Sequence record: SRR20825006_369
DNA: 39,214 nucleotides
Strand: one strand, 5' to 3'
The translations under genes and the position numbers were made by a program. This document shows, piece after piece, positions 33,971 to 39,214 of the stretch. The stretch's first letter is position 1; every line of letters begins with the position of its first letter. The notes beneath the pieces were generated by a model. That model did no database searches and was not told the DNA's origin. It was given only the letters and a program-made list of their open reading frames with translations.

Positions 33971-35742
33971 AACGCTTGCCCTATGCCGATGTAAATTTGG
34001 ATGCCGTCACCCGTGTCGCCCGTCACAGGTCCGGCAAGGTCAAGGCGGATCGGGCCAAAGCCGGTGTCATAACGCAGCCCAAGGCCTGCGCCCGAATGCC
34101 ATTCGGCGGCGTCGCCCGGCAAAGCCGATGTGCCGATGCCGCCGAGGTCATAAAAGCCCACGACGGAAATTTTACCCGTGACCAAGGCGCGCAATTCGGT
34201 TGAGAGGCCAAGGAAGCTTGAGCCGCCTGTGGCATTGCCGCCGCCCAAATCGACGTCGAGGGATTGGTATGGTTGCCCGCGTACGGTGCCGCCGCCGCCG
34301 GAGTAAAACAGCAGATCGGGGGGCACCTCGGTATAGTCCGCCCCGGAGATGGACCCCAGTTGCAGCCGCCCAGCCAAGGTAAACCGATCATCGTCCCCAA
34401 AAGAGAGATAGCCGCGACCATCGGCAGAGATGCGCACGCCGGAGGCCGATCCGCTCACGCCCACAAAGGGCAGGATGTCGGCGTTGAAATAGGTGCCGGA
34501 TTTCGGATTGAGCGCATTGTCACGCCCATCGCGGCTGCCGTTGATCGGGAAAATCACATGCGAAAAAGAGCGCGAGCCAAGCGAGTCCTCGACCTCGGAA
34601 TAGCGGTAGCCGAAGCCAAAGGAAAACGTCGAGTTCTTAGAGGTTTCCACATCGGCGCTTATGGTGAATTCGCCACGGTCCGAAAGGTAATCCGGTTCGT
34701 CCAGATGTTCGATTTCAGCGCCAAGGACGAGGGTTGTTTTGCGGGTAATCGTGGCGGGGCGGCGGTAGGTTGCGCCAAGGGTGTAATCCACGCCTGTGGT
34801 GCCGCCGAGACCGCCGATTTCGGCGTCAAAGCGCAATCTGTCGGCGTTTTTGGTGAGGTTGCGATGCATCCAGTAGGCCGAAATCGTGCCGCCTTCGAGC
34901 GATGACAGTTCCGCGCCAAAGCCAAGGCGACGCTTTTTTTCGTCCACCAGCGTTGCGGTGATGTCCAGGGTTCCATCCGCATTCAGAGCGTCGGCCTCTC
35001 GCAGGGTGATCGAGCGGAAAGTGCCGGTTTTTTGCAGGCGCCGGGTCACCAGATCAAGCGTGTCGGGATCATAGGCGCTCCCCGTTGGCAAGTTGGCGAT
35101 ACGCGACAGGCGATCTTCGCGCACGCGGGTGTCGCCTGCAAATTTCAGGCGGCCAAAGGCAACGGCGGGGCCGGGATCGATGGCGAGGGCGACATCGAGT
35201 GTTTTGCTGTTGTGATCTGCGATAATTTGTTGATCTGACAGGGCCGCTTTGGCGTGCGATGCCTGCCGCCATGCCTCGATGGCCACGTCTTTTGCCTCGC
35301 CAACCAGACCGGATTTGGCCACCGCGCCGGATGTGAAATCTTCGGGCAATTGCGTGTCGGGGGCGAGCGGGGTAACGGTGGCGCTGCCAAATCGGAACCT
35401 TGGGCCGGGGGTGACGGTGATCACCACTGCGTCGATCGTCGATGGCAATGAAATCAGGGACATATCCGCCCCTTCGCGCCCGTCTACGCGGATTGAAATA
35501 CTGGGCCCATAATAGCCCTCTCGGTAGAGCGCACCGATCAGAGCGCGGTAATCGGACTGAACGGCGGCGATGATTTCTTCGGGGGTTGTGACGTCGTTTT
35601 TGGCGGCTTCCAAGATGGCAGAGGCGCTTTCCAGCCGGGTTTTGACCTCGCCCTCGGCCGTGGTTTCAAGCGTGGCCTCAAAGGCATTCGAGGTCCCTGC
35701 GTAAAGCAAGGCTACCGCCACAAACATAATCCCTCTAAGCAC
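33967..35742 (-). CDS. tamA: Translocation and assembly module protein TamA (Omp85 family)
   Basis: POTRA region, FYSGGGGTVRG, GLGLRYDTGFGPIRLD and terminal IGQAF. Confidence 0.93.
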   Translation of the reverse strand: MLRGIMFVAVALLYAGTSNAFEATLETTAEGEVKTRLESASAILEAAKNDVTTPEEIIAAVQSDYRALIGALYREGYYGPSISIRVDGREGADMSLISLPSTIDAVVITVTPGPRFRFGSATVTPLAPDTQLPEDFTSGAVAKSGLVGEAKDVAIEAWRQASHAKAALSDQQIIADHNSKTLDVALAIDPGPAVAFGRLKFAGDTRVREDRLSRIANLPTGSAYDPDTLDLVTRRLQKTGTFRSITLREADALNADGTLDITATLVDEKKRRLGFGAELSSLEGGTISAYWMHRNLTKNADRLRFDAEIGGLGGTTGVDYTLGATYRRPATITRKTTLVLGAEIEHLDEPDYLSDRGEFTISADVETSKNSTFSFGFGYRYSEVEDSLGSRSFSHVIFPINGSRDGRDNALNPKSGTYFNADILPFVGVSGSASGVRISADGRGYLSFGDDDRFTLAGRLQLGSISGADYTEVPPDLLFYSGGGGTVRGQPYQSLDVDLGGGNATGGSSFLGLSTELRALVTGKISVVGFYDLGGIGTSALPGDAAEWHSGAGLGLRYDTGFGPIRLDLAGPVTGDTGDGIQIYIGIGQAF

Positions 35743-35923
35743 CGCTCGGCCTTCCTCTTTGACGTGGTCACTCGCCCTCTACATAAAGCAACTATGCGGT
35801 GTTCCCAGCATTGTTTCCAGTGTCCGCACGAGTCTTTTCACGCGGCTGTGATGAGGTGGCGGTTTGTTGCTTGCGTGGTTTGGGGGCGAGGCCTAGGGTC
35901 CGCGGGAATAAAAGGAGGGCAGT

Positions 35924-36433
35924 ATGGCCGAATGTGAAATATGTGGTGCGGATGCGGCATTGGTGGATGTGACCGTTGCGCCCAAAACGGAGGTGGCGCA
36001 TCTGTGCGAGACCTGTGCGGGCGGGATCAAGGGGGAGGCAGTGCCCGAGGGGCATTGGCAGGCGTTGACCACGTCGATGTGGTCGGAAAACGATGCGATC
36101 AAAGTGCTGTCCTGGCGGTTGCTTAATCGTTTTGGATCAGAGGCTTGGGCGGCAGATGCGCTTGAGATGCTCTATCTTGAACCCGAGGTCGAAGAGTGGG
36201 CCAAGGCGGCCGGTCCTGAGGTCATTCATCGCGACAGTTTGGGCGCGGTTTTGTCGTCTGGCGATACGGTTGTGTTGATCAAGGACCTTCCGGTCAAAGG
36301 CGGCGGCTTTACCGCCAAACGTGGCACGGCTGTGCGTGGGATTTCATTGGTGCAAGACAACGCCGGGCATATCGAAGGCCGGGTGGAAGGTCAGCGGATT
36401 GTGATCCTGACCGAGTTCGTGAAGAAGCGTTAA
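35924..36433 (+). CDS. PhnA/YjdM-family zinc-ribbon protein
   Basis: CxxC...CxxC and GDTVVLIKDLPVKG...LTEFVKK. RBS GGAGG. Confidence 0.88.
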   Translation: MAECEICGADAALVDVTVAPKTEVAHLCETCAGGIKGEAVPEGHWQALTTSMWSENDAIKVLSWRLLNRFGSEAWAADALEMLYLEPEVEEWAKAAGPEVIHRDSLGAVLSSGDTVVLIKDLPVKGGGFTAKRGTAVRGISLVQDNAGHIEGRVEGQRIVILTEFVKKR

Positions 36434-36456
36434 TTCAAAAAACAGTGCCTAAAATG

Positions 36457-36491
36457 AAAAACGCCCGCAGAACTTAATCTGCGGGCGTTTT
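36457..36491. terminator. Bidirectional Rho-independent terminator
   Basis: AAAACGCCCGCAGA-acttaa-TCTGCGGGCGTTTT between convergent genes. Confidence 0.9.
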
Positions 36492-36512
36492 AGAATTCTG
36501 TTCGAAACAGGC

Positions 36513-36719
36513 TTACGCCATTTCGATGTTGACTGCGCTTTCGCGGCCGTCACGACCAGCTTCGATGTCGAAAGTCACTTTCGCGCCATCGGCAAGACCG
36601 GACAGGCCAGAACGTTCGACAGCAGAGATGTGCACGAACACGTCTTTTTTGCCGCCTTCAGGCTCGATAAAGCCAAAACCTTTGGTAGAGTTGAACCATT
36701 TCACGGTGCCATTAGCCAT
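36513..36719 (-). CDS. cspA: Cold-shock protein
   Basis: GTVKWFN..KGFGFI (RNP1) and VFVHIS (RNP2). Confidence 0.96.
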   Translation of the reverse strand: MANGTVKWFNSTKGFGFIEPEGGKKDVFVHISAVERSGLSGLADGAKVTFDIEAGRDGRESAVNIEMA

Positions 36720-36840
36720 CGTGTGTCTCCTAGTTTAGATGTTGCCCGCTTAAGTGCGGCAACCCGGCGTAGTCAGGGATCGATCGAAGACTGTAGCCGA
36801 TGAAGGAGAACAGAAGGGTCGATAGAGGTAACGTAGCGAG
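36720..36840 (-). promoter_or_regulatory. Long structured cspA 5' leader (possible cold thermoregulator)
   Basis: About 120 nt leader with a GTTGCC...GGCAAC hairpin before RBS AGGAG. Function inferred from known cspA leaders. Confidence 0.4.
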
Positions 36841-36927
36841 GCCTTTATGACAGGATTCTATGCGCTTGCATAGGGGAATGTTTGAGGGGGGATTTGAGTG
36901 GAGTGGAAGCTCTCGTATCTTGACCAT

Positions 36928-36977
36928 TCACAGATGCAAAGCATCTGTGACGCGCCTGACCCTCCCCCACGGGAGGG
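36928..36977. repeat. Twin palindromes, REP-like element
   Basis: TCACAGATGC-aaa-GCATCTGTGA and CCCTCCC-ccac-GGGAGGG. Confidence 0.55.
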
Positions 36978-37042
36978 CATGGGGGTTGCGTTCTTTTGTG
37001 TGTGGGATACGCTGCTGGTGATGTTATTTGATTGGACACGAT

Positions 37043-37675
37043 ATGGCTTTACCGTATGTCACAAGTGCTGCAAACATTCATAAGGTTATTGCCGCAATAA
37101 AAAAGGCTGCCGTACCAAACAAAATTACTGGTGAGTTTGTGAAAACAACCTTCCAAATTAAGGGAGGTGGTGGGGACCAAATAACCAGCTTTATAAAAAA
37201 AATAGGTCTTGTGGATAGCAGTGGAGTGCCCACCGATCTTTACAATGATTTGCGCAGTTCATCTACCTCCGGTCATGCAATCGCGTCAGTGATGAGAAAT
37301 GCCTACAAGCCCCTTTTTGACCGAGACGTAAATGCACATGCACTATCCGATAATGCGCTTGAGGAGCTTATTGTACAGGAAACGGGCGATGCAGCGAACT
37401 CATCGGCCGTAAAACTAACCTTACGATGTTTTAAGGCTCTTAGGGAATACGCTGATTTCGATGCAGATGATTCATCAAATGAGATAGCAACCATCGATTC
37501 CAAGCCACAAACATCAGGTAGCCTAGATGCAAGCGAGGTAAAACGATCGTCAGCAAATCAATTGAAAATTGGATATACGATAAATCTTAATTTGCCGGCA
37601 ACAAGTGACCCCGCAGTTTTTAACGCAATTTTCAAGAGTTTAAAAGAACATTTGCTGAGTAACGACGATGGTTAA
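37043..37675 (+). CDS. DUF5343-family protein
   Basis: LPY...IKKAAVP.K...IGLVDSSGVPTDLY...AYKPLF and C-terminal YTINLNLPATSDPAVFNAIFKSLKEHL. AT-rich. Confidence 0.75.
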   Translation: MALPYVTSAANIHKVIAAIKKAAVPNKITGEFVKTTFQIKGGGGDQITSFIKKIGLVDSSGVPTDLYNDLRSSSTSGHAIASVMRNAYKPLFDRDVNAHALSDNALEELIVQETGDAANSSAVKLTLRCFKALREYADFDADDSSNEIATIDSKPQTSGSLDASEVKRSSANQLKIGYTINLNLPATSDPAVFNAIFKSLKEHLLSNDDG

Positions 37676-38258
37676 GCGGCCAGACAGCCTATTAAAAGCT
37701 CTTGGAATGAGCGGCTTGCAAATCGTTGACGATATCAAGGATATTGAAAAGCGATTTGGCGTCGATTTTGGCGTTGAGGCTAAGGAAAAGGCCAGTCGCG
37801 CTTATGAGGAATATGAACAGTTTTCTTCAAGGGTTCGTGCCCAAGCATCTGAAATGTCAGAGTATTATGAAATATTTTTCTGTTTGGAGAATACGATTAG
37901 AGGGCTAATTGAAGAAATTTTACGAGACCAGTATGGAGCTAATTGGTGGTCTGATGCGAATGTCTCTCCCCAAATTAGAGAAGACGTCAAAAAGAGAAAA
38001 GACACCGAAATCGATACGGCAATTGGCGCTCGATCAGAAAAGGAAATTGATTACACGACCTTTGGTGAGCTCACAGAGTTAATCGTGCAAAATTGGGAGT
38101 TTTTTGAGCCAATCTTTACCTCCAAAAATGCAGTTTACCGTGTTTTAAAGGAACTCAACATCTTGAGGGGGCCAATTGCACATTGCTGTACAATTGACTC
38201 CCATGAAAGACAACGATTGCTTTTTGCAGTAAAGAATTGGTTTCGGATAATTTCCTAA
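37668..38258 (+). CDS. Swt1-like HEPN-domain protein (putative RNase)
   Basis: ENTIR...YGANWW, DYTTFGELTELI..NW..F and the HEPN Rx4H motif RGPIAH. Overlaps the upstream gene by 8 nt. Confidence 0.82.
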   Translation: MVKRPDSLLKALGMSGLQIVDDIKDIEKRFGVDFGVEAKEKASRAYEEYEQFSSRVRAQASEMSEYYEIFFCLENTIRGLIEEILRDQYGANWWSDANVSPQIREDVKKRKDTEIDTAIGARSEKEIDYTTFGELTELIVQNWEFFEPIFTSKNAVYRVLKELNILRGPIAHCCTIDSHERQRLLFAVKNWFRIIS

Positions 38259-38259
38259 C

Positions 38260-39214
38260 TCACCGACTAAACTTCTTATACTTCATCCGCTTCGGCTCCA
38301 ACGCCTCAGCCCCCAACCGCCGCTTCTTGTCTTCTTCGTAATCCTCGAAGTTGCCTTCGAACCATTCGACATGGGCGTCGCCTTCGAACGCCAGGATATG
38401 CGTGCAAATGCGGTCGAGGAAGAAACGGTCGTGGGAGATGACCACGGCGCAACCTGCGAAGTCGGTGAGCGCGTCCTCCAAAGCGCGAAGGGTCTCGACG
38501 TCCAAATCGTTGGTCGGCTCATCGAGGAGCAACACGTTGCCGCCGGATTTGAGCAGGCGGGCGAGGTGGACGCGGTTGCGTTCGCCGCCGGACAGGATGC
38601 CGACCTTTTTCTGTTGATCGCCGCCTTTGAAGTTGAAGGTCGAACAATAGGCGCGGCCGTTCACTTCGGCGTCGCCGAGTTTGATGATGTCTTGACCGTC
38701 GGCGATGGCTTCAAACACGTTGGCTTTCGGGTCCAAATCGTCGCGGTTCTGATCGACGTAGGACAGTTTGACCGTGTCGCCATATTCGACCGTACCCTCG
38801 TCCGGCTGTTCCTGGCCGGTGAGCATTTTGAACAGCGTGGTTTTACCCGCGCCGTTGGGACCGATGACGCCGACGATGCCGCCGGGCGGCAGGGAGAAGG
38901 ACAGGTCTTCGATCAAAAGCTTGTCGCCCATGTGTTTTTTCAGCCCGTTGACCTCGATCACCTTGGAGCCAAGGCGCGGACCGTTGGGGATGACAATCTG
39001 GGCGCGGCCGACTTTTTCGCGCTCGGATTGACTGGCGAGTTCGTTATAGGCGTTGATCCGGGCCTTTTGTTTGGCTTGGCGGGCTTTGGCGCCTTGGCGA
39101 ATCCATTCGAGTTCGCGCTCAAGCGTCTTTTGCTTGGATTTGTCCTCGCGGGCCTCTTGCGACAGGCGTTTGGCCTTTTGTTCAAGCCATGCGGAATAGT
39201 TGCCCTCGTAGGGG
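38260..39214 (-). CDS. ettA: Energy-dependent translational throttle ABC-F ATPase EttA (5' part outside the window)
   Basis: GPNGAGKTT, LSGGERNRVHLA, LLLDEPTNDLD and ISHDRFFLDR. The frame continues upstream to the window edge (RELEWIRQGAKARQAKQKAR). Confidence 0.95.
   Translation of the reverse strand, partial: PYEGNYSAWLEQKAKRLSQEAREDKSKQKTLERELEWIRQGAKARQAKQKARINAYNELASQSEREKVGRAQIVIPNGPRLGSKVIEVNGLKKHMGDKLLIEDLSFSLPPGGIVGVIGPNGAGKTTLFKMLTGQEQPDEGTVEYGDTVKLSYVDQNRDDLDPKANVFEAIADGQDIIKLGDAEVNGRAYCSTFNFKGGDQQKKVGILSGGERNRVHLARLLKSGGNVLLLDEPTNDLDVETLRALEDALTDFAGCAVVISHDRFFLDRICTHILAFEGDAHVEWFEGNFEDYEEDKKRRLGAEALEPKRMKYKKFSR

Noticed and set aside
30953-35512. Long plus-strand ORFs opposite tamB/tamA
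   Set aside because: Antisense shadows expected in GC-rich coding DNA.

Overview
Alphaproteobacterial DNA; gene content suggests Rhodobacteraceae/roseobacter (inference). The first ~30.6 kb looks like an accessory island, with an SOS imuA-imuB cassette and a TnsB-like scar at the left and an IS3 scar at the right. It carries: (1) a CsgG/HfaB-family outer-membrane secretion operon with no curlins, whose secreted partners share a TTA[LVI]G[AS][VL]N motif, the best candidate for an undescribed functional-amyloid/fibre system; (2) a hybrid kinase/NarL/LuxR/LysR regulator set; (3) an ATP-grasp + methyltransferase + TctC/TctA(B) operon; (4) a second secreted Gly/Ser-rich + Cys-rich gene pair carrying the same motif; (5) a DUF3047/kinase/OmpR/Sel1 module with a visible shared operator; (6) a peroxiredoxin-oxyR pair with a decayed MBL-fold gene. 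The right part is core-like (tamB, tamA, PhnA/YjdM, cspA, ettA), interrupted by an AT-rich DUF5343 + Swt1-like HEPN cassette that is a candidate defence system. Family calls come from motifs recognised by eye; no database searches were run.
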